DNA of 32,948 bases from Octopus bimaculoides (Eukaryota). The position numbers and the translations under genes are program-made. Below are positions 11,718 to 21,602 of this stretch, piece after piece. The DNA lies in contig NC_068990.1 in assembly GCF_001194135.2 (NCBI RefSeq), positions 11,217,559 to 11,250,506 of the forward strand. The letters run 5' to 3'. Numbering within the stretch: position 1 is the stretch's first letter; the number at the start of each line of letters is the position of its first letter. The notes beneath the pieces were generated by a model that was not told the DNA's origin, did not search any database, and saw only the letters and a program-made list of their open reading frames with translations.

Positions 11718-11953
11718 CAGTAATCTCCCGCAATATCACAATTCACCAATCGCGGTTCACCTATCACGGTTTATTATTTAAGCTTACGTCGATTCCTCCG
11801 TGGTGTTGGTTTTGCTTTTATTATAAAATAAATATATATAAATTATAGAAATAATAAAAAAAATATTCAGTACAGTACTGTTTCTACTTCGCGGATGTTC
11901 ACCTATCGCGGGGCTTTTAGAACGTAATACACGCGATAGTTGAGAGATTGCTG
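11718..11953. mobile_element. Tigger/pogo-type MITE
   Basis: TA flanks on both sides (11716-17 and 11954-55). Imperfect TIRs: CAGTAATCTCCCGCAATATCAC versus the reverse complement CAGCAATCTCTCAACTATCGC. Internal repeats of GTTCACCTATC(A/G)CGG. Confidence 0.8.
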
Positions 11954-12439
11954 TAAATCTGTTGATATATGTATGGATAGTTAATTCCTTGCGTAAAAAT
12001 GAACAACTGCAGCTATTTATTTTATAGTTATTTCATTTGTTTGCCACACAATCGATATTATTCTTGAGCAAGCAAAGAGTTTTGAAAATAATGTAATATC
12101 TATTGTTACAAAGCATCATAACTACTAACATTTTTATAGGTTTGGTCTGGAAAAAGGGGAACACTAATAGCTTTAACAAACCCTATGAGGAGAGAAGCGA
12201 GACTGATGTGGTATCTATTCAATATCTTTAGCGTCTGAGTTCAAATCTTACTGAGGCCAAATTTGCTTTCATCTGTGCTATGTTGTTAAAAATTGTCTTC
12301 CTTCATGTTTTTCGTCCACATTCCACCAAGGTCTGCGCTGACTGTTATCTTTCAGTGTTAATAAAACAAATAGTTGTCAAACATTTTGGGAGACCTTAAA
12401 ATGTCTAACCTAGCTTGATAATGGTTATTATTGTTGCTG

Positions 12440-12615
12440 CTGAGCAGCATTTCGTCCGTCTATACGTTCTGAGTTCAAATGTTGCCGAGGGGAACTTTGC
12501 TTTTCATCTTTTCGCGGTCGATGAAATAAATACCAGTCAAGCACTGGGGTCGATGTAATCGACTAGACCCTTTCCCAAAATGTCAAGCCGTGTACCTAGT
12601 CTACAGTAGAAAAGA
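12440..12615 (+). mobile_element. SINE family B
   Basis: GTTCTGAGTTCAAAT...CTTTGCTTTTCATCTTTTCGCGGTCGATGAAATAAATACCAG...CTGGGGTCGATGTAATCGACT. A more degraded piece lies at about 12225-12300. Confidence 0.85.
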
Positions 12616-12619
12616 TTAT

Positions 12620-13385
12620 TGTTATTATTATAATTAATGGTTTCTTTTCATTATAACTTTATTTCAGCTTTATAAGGTCTGCAGCTTTATAGGCATCCTC
12701 TGGACGGCAAGAGTAGCAATGGCACTTTTGTTTTACTATGCATGCTAAAATTATCACCACATTTATTCCATTTTAGATGGCGAGTGCTTTCCATAGTATA
12801 TGGGCTGTATCCATCAAGGTTATCTTTTGTAGTTCACAGAGATTGGAGTTACCAGGGAGTTGCGTAATATACTTCTCAGTTCCCTATTTTATCATTCCCA
12901 GCACACCAATTACCACTAGTATTATCGTAATACTAAGCTTCCACATTGTTCTGATTTCGATTTGCATATCTTTATAGTGAGAAAGATTTTGGTATTCTTT
13001 TCTCGAGACATTTTGATCTTGTGGAAATGACATATCTATTAACAGACAAGTTCCTCTGTTGTAGTCCTTGATCACAACGTCTGGTTGATTGGAGTCAATT
13101 TTTCTGTCTGTATTGGGAAGTTCCAAAAAATGGTGACGCCCCCGCCATTTACTACCTACTCTGAATGGTGCCTGTACCATTTATCATGAGATTTAATTCT
13201 GTAGTATTTACAAGCATTCGAATGGATGTACTGCCCTAGTCTGTAATGTTTTGTGAGGTACTCTTTTTCAGTGCGGAATATTCAGTGTGGAAAATTGTCT
13301 CCGTCAATTTTCCACAAATTCTGCACGAGGATTCTCATCCATCTTTAAGGACGCATCTTTAAGCAGCGCATGCCATCAAAGTGAT
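12620..13385 (-). mobile_element. R4/Dong-like RLE non-LTR retrotransposon 3' end (zinc knuckle, RLE and 3' UTR)
   Basis: CRICGKLTETIFH (start of the CCHC knuckle, about 13325), EYLTKHYRLGQYIH, DKWYRH, TIFWNFPIQTD, NQPDVVIKD, CLLIDMSFP, VVIGVLGMIK and GTEKYITQLPG...LQKITLMDTAHILWKALAI* (stop at 12773-12775). The 3' end runs into an AAT-like tract. Confidence 0.88.
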
Positions 13386-13519
13386 ACTGGGGTATGGGCA
13401 GGCTCAAGGTACCGGCAACTCGAGCAGTCGCCCGGGGCGCCATGTGCTAGAGCCAAGGAGGGCGTAACAAAGACAAGGAAATTTCCCTGACCGTGAGTTT
13501 GTACACTTCGAAGTTCAGC

Positions 13520-13590
13520 TTGCATTTGTTAGTCTACAATATTTTCTTCCCCGTCTTTAATAATTATGTCTGGTCGATTATCCAGATGTA
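13520..13590 (-). mobile_element. third short RLE fragment
   Basis: The minus strand translates DNRPDIIIKDGEEN, the RLE 'RPD' motif, distinct from the copy at about 13080. Confidence 0.5.
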
Positions 13591-13664
13591 ATTATTAAAG
13601 CTATATTATTATTGTTGTTGTTGTTTTTAGTCGTCACTAAGGTAGTGGAATTCATTAAAACACA

Positions 13665-14275
13665 TTTGGTGAAGGGACAGTGAATATCATTAATGAACCA
13701 TTTGTTCATAGAGAAAACATCACTTGCCCTCTCCTCTATAGTAAACTTGTACTGATGAAGCAATTTGTCAAAGCTTCAGACAAAGACGGTGATTCAAGTA
13801 CATTAGCCGATTGTTCTAGACTTGAGTATTGAAAAAATTAAAGGAAAAAATATTTACAACTTCTCATATTCGGAAAGCCATCATATTCTATTTTTCGGAA
13901 ATATATGACTGATGAGGCGTCTGCTCAGTGTAGTTATCTCTCAGTGATTGAAAACTTCTTGGGATACAAGGAAGCAGACAGTTATGAACAACTGGTGAAA
14001 ATGATGTTCAATGCATTTAAAAATGTGGTTACTAATATGAATGTAAAAGTACACTTCCTTGATAATTACTTTGACAAATTTCCAGAGAATCTTGGAGACA
14101 TCAGTAAAGAACAAGGTGAAACATTCCACCAGGATATCAGAGTCACAGGATAAATGTATCGTGGCTGAGGCGACAGCTGTGATGGCACACAATGGCTGGA
14201 ACATTTGGCATGAATGTTCTACCAAAACACACTAAAGAAAATCCTGCAAAAAGAGGTTTTTGAAGGATTCACTGG
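13665..14275 (+). mobile_element. DDE transposase fossil, Chapaev3-like (CMC superfamily), C-terminal part
   Basis: NIINEPFVHRENITCPLLYSKLVLMKQFVKA, LSIEKIK, NFLGYKEADSYEQLV, MNVKVHFLDNYFDKFPENLGDISKEQGETFHQDI and RKSCKKRFL parallel PLHIKLGLMKQFVKAL...MSLKIHFLHSHLDFFPENLGAVSDEHGERFHQDI. The family name is from memory. The non-coding 3' end may extend to about 14710. Confidence 0.8.
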
Positions 14276-14711
14276 TACATTTTAATACACTTAATTAACC
14301 AAAGTTACTTAATCGTTATGTATGCTATTAGTGAATAAGATGCCATCAAATATATTATGCTTATTTATTCATGATTTTTCGTGTTAGAATGCGGTGCATT
14401 TTTCTGGCATTTTATGTTAATATTTTCTGATACTTTTGGTTGGCGTTTAAAATAAAACTAATTAGATGACCCAATATCTAAAAATCAGTTGAGCAACTAC
14501 TGCATCTTATACAGAGTTAAAGAGGTTTAGAATGTTAAGTGTTGTGAATTCCCAAAGATGGAGGCCTTCCATTGTGTCAAGAACCAGAGCCAGTCTAGAG
14601 AAAATGGTACTGTATTCTGATTCAGTGCCCACAATGAATTAGTGCACACTAATTTTCCTTTAAAATTAGTCCAGGATCTTTGGTAATGGAAATAATGTTA
14701 ACTACTGTAAT

Positions 14712-15124
14712 TACTCTTTTACTCTTTTACTTGTTTCAGTCATTTGACTGCAGACATGCTGGAGCACCGCCTTTAGTCGAGCAAATCGACCCCAGGACTT
14801 ATTCTTTGTAAGCCTAGTACTTATTCTATTGGTCTTTTTTGCCGAACCGCTAAGTTACGGGGACGTAAATACACCACCATCGGTTGTCAAGCAATAGTGG
14901 GGGGACAAACACAGACACACAAACATATACACACATACATACATATATATAAATACATATATACGACAGGCTTCCTTCAGTTTCTGTCTACCAAATCCAC
15001 TCACAAGGCATTGGTCGGCCCAAGGCTATAGTACAAGACAGTTGCCCAAGGAGCCACGCAGTGGGAATGAACCTGGAACCATGTGGTCGGTAAGCAAGCT
15101 ACTTACCACATGGCTACTCCTGCG
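14712..15124 (-). mobile_element. SINE family A, full length
   Basis: Runs from the tail (ACTCTTTT)n at 14712 to the head ...GGCTACTCCTGCG, colinear with the other copies. Confidence 0.93.
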
Positions 15125-15197
15125 TTCATTAGTAATTAGTAATATTTAATTTCAATTTTTTTTTCAAATATTGTGACTATAACAAAAACTTTCTCTA

Positions 15198-15260
<63 letters not shown>

Positions 15261-16714
15261 CATATATATAGGAACACATACATACACATACAACACTTAC
15301 ACACACATGAGAATTCTAATTTTTATTGAAGGAGTGATATTTTTGTACAAAAATATAATGTTAAAGAAAATATAACAATGGATGACTGCTTTAATTCTCC
15401 CCATTTCTTTCCCTCTTTCTTTTGTCACATTAAATGATATTTTAATGAGGAAGCATTTTTGGTGCAGCATGGTAAGAGATGACACAATAAATTCATATGA
15501 ATTCATTTGCCAGCATAATTGATGAGACAATGTGAGAAACAGAAGCAATGTCAGGTTAGAAATTTAATTTTACTGCAAATAAATAACCATATGAATGTTG
15601 TTATTTTAAAATATGTTTCTTGTGCATGTATTTTATTATGGAAAAAGAAAATGGAGTAAGGAGAAAACATCCGGGGATGCCTGCTGCTTAGAAATAAGCA
15701 GTAAAGTAGGCACAAACATGCTTAGAGTAGTGAGTTTGGATTGTTTTCATAATTTAAATTACACTCAAAACAATTAGAGAAAACCATTGCTTTAATTACT
15801 GACAGTCCAGAAATTTTAATGAATTAAGGTACACACTACAGTAATGTTTTTAGCGCTTAGAAGTCTGGTAACAATTATTGTGGGCATGTTTCAGTCCTAC
15901 TAGACCTTATTAGTGAAGTATTCTCTGAAATAAATTCCAAGATTTAGAATGACCTGCAAAGTTTTCTCCAGTAATTCTTCTGTTTCCACACCATGTTTTT
16001 GTTCATTAAGATCCTATGTTTATCTCTAGTTTTGTGTGTGCGTGTGTGTGTGTGTGTGGCAAGCAACCACCAATAAAACAGGCCCCAAGCAACAACTTTT
16101 TTTAATTTGACAGCTACAAATGAAAAGGAAACAAAAAAGCTTCTGATGAGAAGTTGCCTTTAGAAAGATAAAATGATCAATACAAGACTTTAAAAAATGA
16201 AGATCCTGTTTATCTATAAAACATGAAAAAAAGTTTTCTTGAGCAAGTACCTTCACCATAACCTCAGGTCAACTCGAGACTGGAATATACTTGTTATTCA
16301 TAGATCCAGCTAGATATTGTATGTGTGTTTCATTTATATGTTTCACTAATTCCACTTGAGAATTACATTTAGACTATATGCCTCTTCAGAATACACTACT
16401 GTTTCATAAATTAATTCGATGGTAAGGTCATCTAGTTGATGTAACGACTGGATATGTATATGCTGGAACTGACATAAGAGTTCATCATCATCATATATCT
16501 TATGATGTGATAACTGTGTCACGTGCTACATTGTATGTAAATTAGGTGTTATGTGATATGGTGTCTCTGTTGTGTATGCATATGCATTAGATGACGTGCC
16601 ATGTATTGTGTGATGATTTTGTATACTTTTGCTCCATTCTATGTGATGTGGTCTGTTGTGTGTTTGTTTTATGGGATGTGTTGTATAATGAATTGTGTAT
16701 TGTCTTCTAAGATG

Positions 16715-17015
16715 TGCTTTTGTTTTCTTGAGAAAGATACAGACGACTCTACCTGCAACACCAAGGTCATACTGCTTGCCAAGATCAAGGAGGTGTTCAA
16801 AGATCTTCCCAGGGACACAGTGACGAATGTACGTGCTAGGTTCCAGGGTCATCTTGAGGACATGGTGGACACTGAGGGCAGCTACTTTGAGTAAGCTATT
16901 ATCTGCCAACCATAGTTGATATTTTTTGAATTTTTAAAATGCTTTTATTTTTGGATGGGATATTATGTTTTCTTTCCTTTTCATTCAAACTGTCAAATTT
17001 AGTCTAAGCACCTTA
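16715..17015 (+). mobile_element. Tc1/mariner (maT/DD37D-like) 3' end: transposase C-terminus and right terminus
   Basis: EKDTDDSTCNTKVILLAKIKEVFKDLPRDTVTNVRARFQGHLEDMVDTEGSYFE* is a typical IS630-Tc1-mariner C-terminal helix (AC.RFR.RLEAVV.AEG.YFE). It is followed by a TIR-like end, ...AATTTAGTCTAAGCACCTTA|TA. Confidence 0.8.
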
Positions 17016-17082
17016 TATGTTATACTATGTTGACTGACACTGTGTGTCTTATTATTGTTATTTCTATTATATATTTATGCAC

Positions 17083-17378
17083 CCTTTCAAAGCCTAGCCA
17101 GTCTCATAGGCCCGGTTTCCCGGTTTCTATGGTGTATGTGTTCCTCCCCCAGCTGGATGGGACACCAGTCCATCGCAGCATTACTCAAGAAACAAGAAGA
17201 GTGAGAGAAAGTCGGGGTGAAAGAGTACAAGAGGGGCTGCAACCATCTCCTGCCAGAGCTTCGTGGAGCTTTTAGGTGTTTTCGCTCAATAAACACACAC
17301 AACGCTCGGTCTGGGAATCGAAACCACTATCCTCTGACCGCGAGTCCGCTGCCCTAATCACTGGGCCACTGTGCCTCT
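17083..17378 (-). mobile_element. tRNA-derived SINE (family D)
   Basis: The reverse complement begins GAGGCACAGTGGCCCAGTGATTAGGGCAGCGGACTCGCGGTCAGAGGATAGTGGTTTCGATTCCCAGACC (A and B boxes), followed by TTGTGTGTGTTTATTGAGCGAAAACACC. Confidence 0.85.
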
Positions 17379-17484
17379 ACGTTATTGTTATCTACCCCCA
17401 GATATAGACAGATTGATTGACAGTTTTATGATCAGAGCTAGTGTAACCATAACCAAGAGAGTTATCTATGGTTACATTAGCTGA

Positions 17485-17700
17485 AAAAGGCGGTGGACTG
17501 GCAGAATCGTTAACACGCCAAGCAAAATGCTTAGCGGCATTTCTTCCGGTATTACATTCTGAGTTCAAATTCCACTGAGGTCAGCTTTGCCTTTCATCCT
17601 TTCGGGTCGATAAATTAAGTACCAGTGAATTACTGGGGTCAATACAATCAACTAGTCCCCTCCCCTAAAATTTCAGACTTCATGCCTTTAGTAGAAAAGA
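17485..17700 (+). mobile_element. SINE family B
   Basis: GGCGGTGGACTGGCAGAATCGTTAAC...GAGTTCAAATTCC...GCCTTTCATCCTTTCGGGTCGATAAATTAAGTACCAG. Confidence 0.9.
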
Positions 17701-18199
17701 TTAGCTGAAAAGACCTACTGGTTAAACATAGTTGGGTGTAACCTGAAGAGATAAATTTGACAGATATTTCTAAAAATCAAGTAACCAAACAGGGGGCTCT
17801 GCCATTTATGAGTATGTGAAGTGATTCTGATGTGTTAGGGAAATTGCAGTATTTCACCTTCAAACATTAGCTAAAAACCAAATTATGATTCTCAGAGTAT
17901 ATGTAGCTTTGTCTCTGTATTACTTTGCAAGGTTCTTGATGTGAACACATGTGTTGAAACATATTTTGTTGTCCTGGGAGGGTCATTATGCCAATAATAA
18001 ACACACACATTGGTTATATTTCAATTCTTTCATTATTAATTGTCAAGTTTTGACATTCAACCAGTTAACTACTTGGCTGTTCGATTAATCATTTGGTCAA
18101 TCCTAATCAAGTATTCTTATACATGAAGGCTTTCCAGCCATTTTCACTATATCATTTTTCATTCCAAATAAATAATATTAGAACTACCTTATGCAAGTG

Positions 18200-18515
18200 A
18201 AAGCACATGGCTCAGTGGTTAGAGCATCGGGCTCACAATCATGAAGTAGAGAGTTCGATTCCTGGACCAGGCAGTGTGTTGTGTTTTTGAGCAAAACACT
18301 TCATTTCATATTGCTCCAGTTGACTCAGCTGTAGAGATGAGTTGCAACATCACTGGTGCCAAGCTAAGTCTTTGCTTTTCCCTTGGATAACATCAGTGGC
18401 ATGGAGAGAGGTGGCTGGTATGCATAAACAACCTTGCCCTGACTTGTGCTTTGAAGAGGACCTTTCTAGGTGCAATCACATGTCCAGCCATGACTGAAAA
18501 GGGTCTTTACCCTTT
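18200..18515 (+). mobile_element. SINE family C variant, CpG-decayed
   Basis: A-box ATGGCTCAGTGG, B-box GAGTTCGATTCC, and CORE-like TTGTGTTTTTGAGCAAAACACTTCATTTCA. Confidence 0.85.
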
Positions 18516-18684
18516 TACATTATTAAAGATGTCCTTTCTTTTTAGCTTGAAAGCTTGTGTTACTACGTTGGTCATATTGTAGTTGGTGTTATCATTCATC
18601 CTATTGTGGTTACTGTACTAAACTAGGCCAGGCCTGACTAGTACAAATCTAACCAGAGGCATAACATTTGTGATCATGCTACAT

Positions 18685-19335
18685 TTTTATTCATTATCAT
18701 GAATTTTCATCAAAGCGAATTTTCAAAGAATAATTTTGCAAATATGTTACATTATTTTGTAGAACATTTATTATTTGTTAATAGTCTGTAATTGTTGATT
18801 TCTATAATTTTTGTGGACATCAAAATTTCATATCAACCAATCAGACAATGCAGTACAACATTCACTAGGTCATCTAATGCCTGCTTGGTATTGATTATTT
18901 TTGCCTACAGTCCTATAACAGTGTGTGTGTTGAGTAGAAGAAAATATAAACCAATTTTTAATGGCTTTTCATATGTTAGCAATAAGACTGTCAACAATGT
19001 CATATATTGGAGATGTGACAAGTACTTGACATGTAAGTTGTCTAAAATTATTCAATATTTAAATTTATTCTTCCTAATAATATATTTGAAAAATTATGCT
19101 ATGAAATGTTGTTTTGATAAAAATATAAATTGATTAAAAGTTGTTTTGTAAAAAGTTGATTAATAAAGAAATCATTCAATTGTAAAGACATCTGATGAAA
19201 GTTGTCTGAAGAAAGCTTGTTTGATGAATAGTTGTTTCATGAAAAGTTGTTTGATACAAGGCTTTTTTCTTTTGTAAATTATTTGATGTAAAGTTGTTTG
19301 ACAAAAATGTGTTCTACAAAAAGAAGTTGAAACTT
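18685..19335 (+). mobile_element. non-autonomous Mutator-like (Phantom-type) element carrying a FLYWCH-like fragment
   Basis: VLSRRKYKPIFNGFSYVSNKTVNNVIYWRCDKYLTCK (18927-19037) fits the FLYWCH pattern (G.Y...YWRC...C). The right side has many degenerate AAAGTTGTTTGATGA repeats. The left TTTTGTAGAACATTTT mirrors the right AAAATGTGTTCTACAAAA. Confidence 0.7.
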
Positions 19336-19340
19336 GGTTG

Positions 19341-19640
19341 CTTAACCACTACGCCATATGCCCGTGGGCATATGGCGTAGTGGTTAAGAGTGTGGGCTAC
19401 TAACCCCAAGATTCCAAGTTCAATTCTAGGCAGTGACCTGAATAATAATAATAATAATAATAATAACAACATCGGAAAATACCTTAGGAATGAGAACCCA
19501 GGTTCGAAATTTCCTCAAGACACCTGATGAAGGCTGGAGGGTATATCAGCCGAAACATTGTGAGATGAGGACAAATATCTGTCAACTGTAAATAATGTAA
19601 ATAATATAAATAATTCCTCATCCCTTAAATATAGAACTGT
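19341..19640 (+). mobile_element. tRNA-headed, hammerhead-bearing non-autonomous retroelement (Penelope pseudo-LTR-like or retrozyme-like)
   Basis: Perfect 23-bp inverted repeat at 19341-19388, A-box TGGCGTAGTGG, B-box-like AGTTCAATTC, (AAT)n at about 19441-19466, and a hammerhead core at 19518-19562. Confidence 0.75.
19518..19562 (+). ncRNA. minimal type I hammerhead ribozyme motif, probably inactivated in this copy
   Basis: GACAC-CTGATGA-A-GGCTG-gagggtatat-CAGCC-GAAAC-ATT-GTG. The core boxes and a perfect 5-bp helix II are present, and helix I is CAC:GTG. Helix III would need GT where AT is seen, which looks like a CpG-to-CpA change. Confidence 0.7.
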
Positions 19641-19744
19641 ATTGCCATATATTGTTGAAAAATAATTTCTAATGGCTGAGGACTTAAAAACTTGCACTCG
19701 GTTTTAAAGAAATAGTTCTCACAGGGCAATAAGAAAAGATTTAT

Positions 19745-19956
19745 CTCTTTGATATTCAGATGGTCAAATGTAATGCTTATTTATTTACATTGTTTGAATT
19801 AATTTTGCATTATCTTTTACCTCAAAGATTTCAATGATGTGATAGTCAATTTTCAGAATGACAGAGATATGAAAGTGTGTGAGAGGCTGAATCTTGTTTG
19901 AACATAAAACTAGCAAAATGTTAGGGTTGGTTATGACTGGTTTAAATGCTATACAG
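19745..19956. mobile_element. possible degraded piggyBac-type MITE
   Basis: TTAA at the right end (19957-60) and TTAT at the left, with weak terminal symmetry. The call rests mainly on remembered similarity to a common repeat. Confidence 0.3.
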
Positions 19957-20299
19957 TTAAATATCTGAGATGAGACGTTAACAATAAGACTGAAAGATTT
20001 AAAGTCTGATCATCAGATGGTTTATTCTTGTATATGTAAACAGTAGTAGGTTTGGAGTCAAACAAGAAACCTTTAAAGCTTTATTTTTAATCAAAGCGAA
20101 GGAATTGTTATTTCTAAAGCAGGAGGTGTGGAGATCTCATCCACTAGTCCACTGGTATATATACAGTCAGCATCAATTTATTCTTTTAATAATTGTGAAG
20201 GTACACAACTTAATTATGGTCCTGGCTTCTAACTCATTTCATCAGAGGTTTGACTTTTGGATTGGGCTATGTATTGTGTCCTTCAGCAGGGGGTTTTAA

Positions 20300-20521
20300 C
20301 CCTTTTGTTAACATATTTCAGTTGAGAAAGACTGCTTTTGTTTCAATTAATTTTGAAAATAACGAAGAATTTATATAAATGACTTTCATATTATTAAGTT
20401 GATGCTGGGAACATAAATCAACGTGAAATTGTGATGGAAATTTTTAATTTTGAACACTTTAGAATTGGAAGTTTGTATTATGGAGCTAGGGGTGGTTTCA
20501 GGTGGCGTGATATCAAAAGGG
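20300..20521. mobile_element. piggyBac-type MITE
   Basis: TTAA|CCCTTTTGTTAAC ... GATATCAAAAGGG|TAAA. The TIRs start CCCTTTTG and the target site is TTAA-like. Confidence 0.7.
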
Positions 20522-21079
20522 TAAATTTTCATGTTGCTCCTGTCTACAGAGCTGAAGATAAGTCCCAGAGGCCACTGGGGATTAACCCAGCAATAGTATG
20601 GAATCTTATTCAGGAGATTGTCTTAATCACTTAATCACCTCAGAAACTTGATAAGTCTGTAGGCACAGGAAAGTCTTTAACTTTTTAATTTCAAATATTT
20701 TTCTTTAAATAAAGACAACATTGCTAAGTCACTGTTAGTGCTTAACATATTGATCAGTTATTCAGTAAGTATTACATCTACTGCTTTGATTTTCCTTGGT
20801 ATGTCACAGTGCTCTATCAATTATGAACATTTCATTCTTCAGTGGCTGATGACTTACTTTTTTTACAATAAGTTCTTTCAAACTTTATAGGCAGAGCTGA
20901 ATAGGATATTACTGTAAAGATAAAAGTTGGACCTGAGTCAACCAGCAGGAAATTTCAGATCAATATATCTAGAATGATTGACTTCTCATTAGTACAGAGC
21001 CATTCTATCATTGCTAGTTAAAAAATGATAACTGTTTTAATTTTGGCTCAAAATTTCAGATATACATGGAGGAAACAGC

Positions 21080-21170
21080 AGTTATTTACCAGTACATGTT
21101 TTATTGCTCCTTGAAAGGAGAAAAATCAAAGCTTACTTACCAGGATGTGAATGTCATGGGATATAAATAA
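21080..21170 (-). mobile_element. degraded SINE family B fragment
   Basis: TACCAGTACATGTTTTATTGCTCCTTGAAAGGAGAAAAATCAAAG resembles the reverse complement of the family B core. Confidence 0.5.
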
Positions 21171-21179
21171 ACAATGTGT

Positions 21180-21376
21180 AGGAGTGGCTGTGTGGTAAGT
21201 AGCTATAGGCACAGGAGTGGCTGTGTGGTAAGTAGCTTACTTACCAACCACATGGTTCCAGGTTCAGTCCTACTGCGTGGCACCTTGGGCAAGTATCTTC
21301 TACTATAGCCTCGGGCCGACCTAAGCCTTGTGAGTGAATTTGGTAGATGGAAACTGAAAGAAGACTGTCGTATATA

Positions 21377-21409
<33 letters not shown>

Positions 21410-21602
21410 CTGTGTTTGTTCCCCCAACATCGCTTGACAACCGATGCTGGTGTGTTTACGTCTCCGTAACCTAGCGGTTCGACAAAAGAGACCGATAGAA
21501 TAAGTACTAGGCTTACAAAGAATAAGTCCTGGAGTCAATTTGTTCAACTAAAGACAGTGCTCCAGCATGGCCCCAGTGAAATGATTGAAGCAAATAAAAG
21601 AA
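21180..21602 (+). mobile_element. SINE family A, full length, with a duplicated head
   Basis: Colinear with the other copies; AGGAGTGGCTGTGTGGTAAGTAGCT occurs at both 21180-21204 and 21213-21237. Confidence 0.93.

Noticed and set aside
13390-13500. GC-rich stretch resembling a MITE end between two RLE fragments
   Set aside because: No partner TIR or TSD was found.
19180-19230. CTGATGA/CTGAAGA motifs as further hammerheads
   Set aside because: They are part of the degenerate MULE subterminal repeats and lack helix II and a GAAA-helix III arrangement.
19366-19440. Functional tRNA gene (also considered for 32279-32355 and the SINE heads)
   Set aside because: There is no paired acceptor stem or intact cloverleaf, and the heads continue into repeat bodies.
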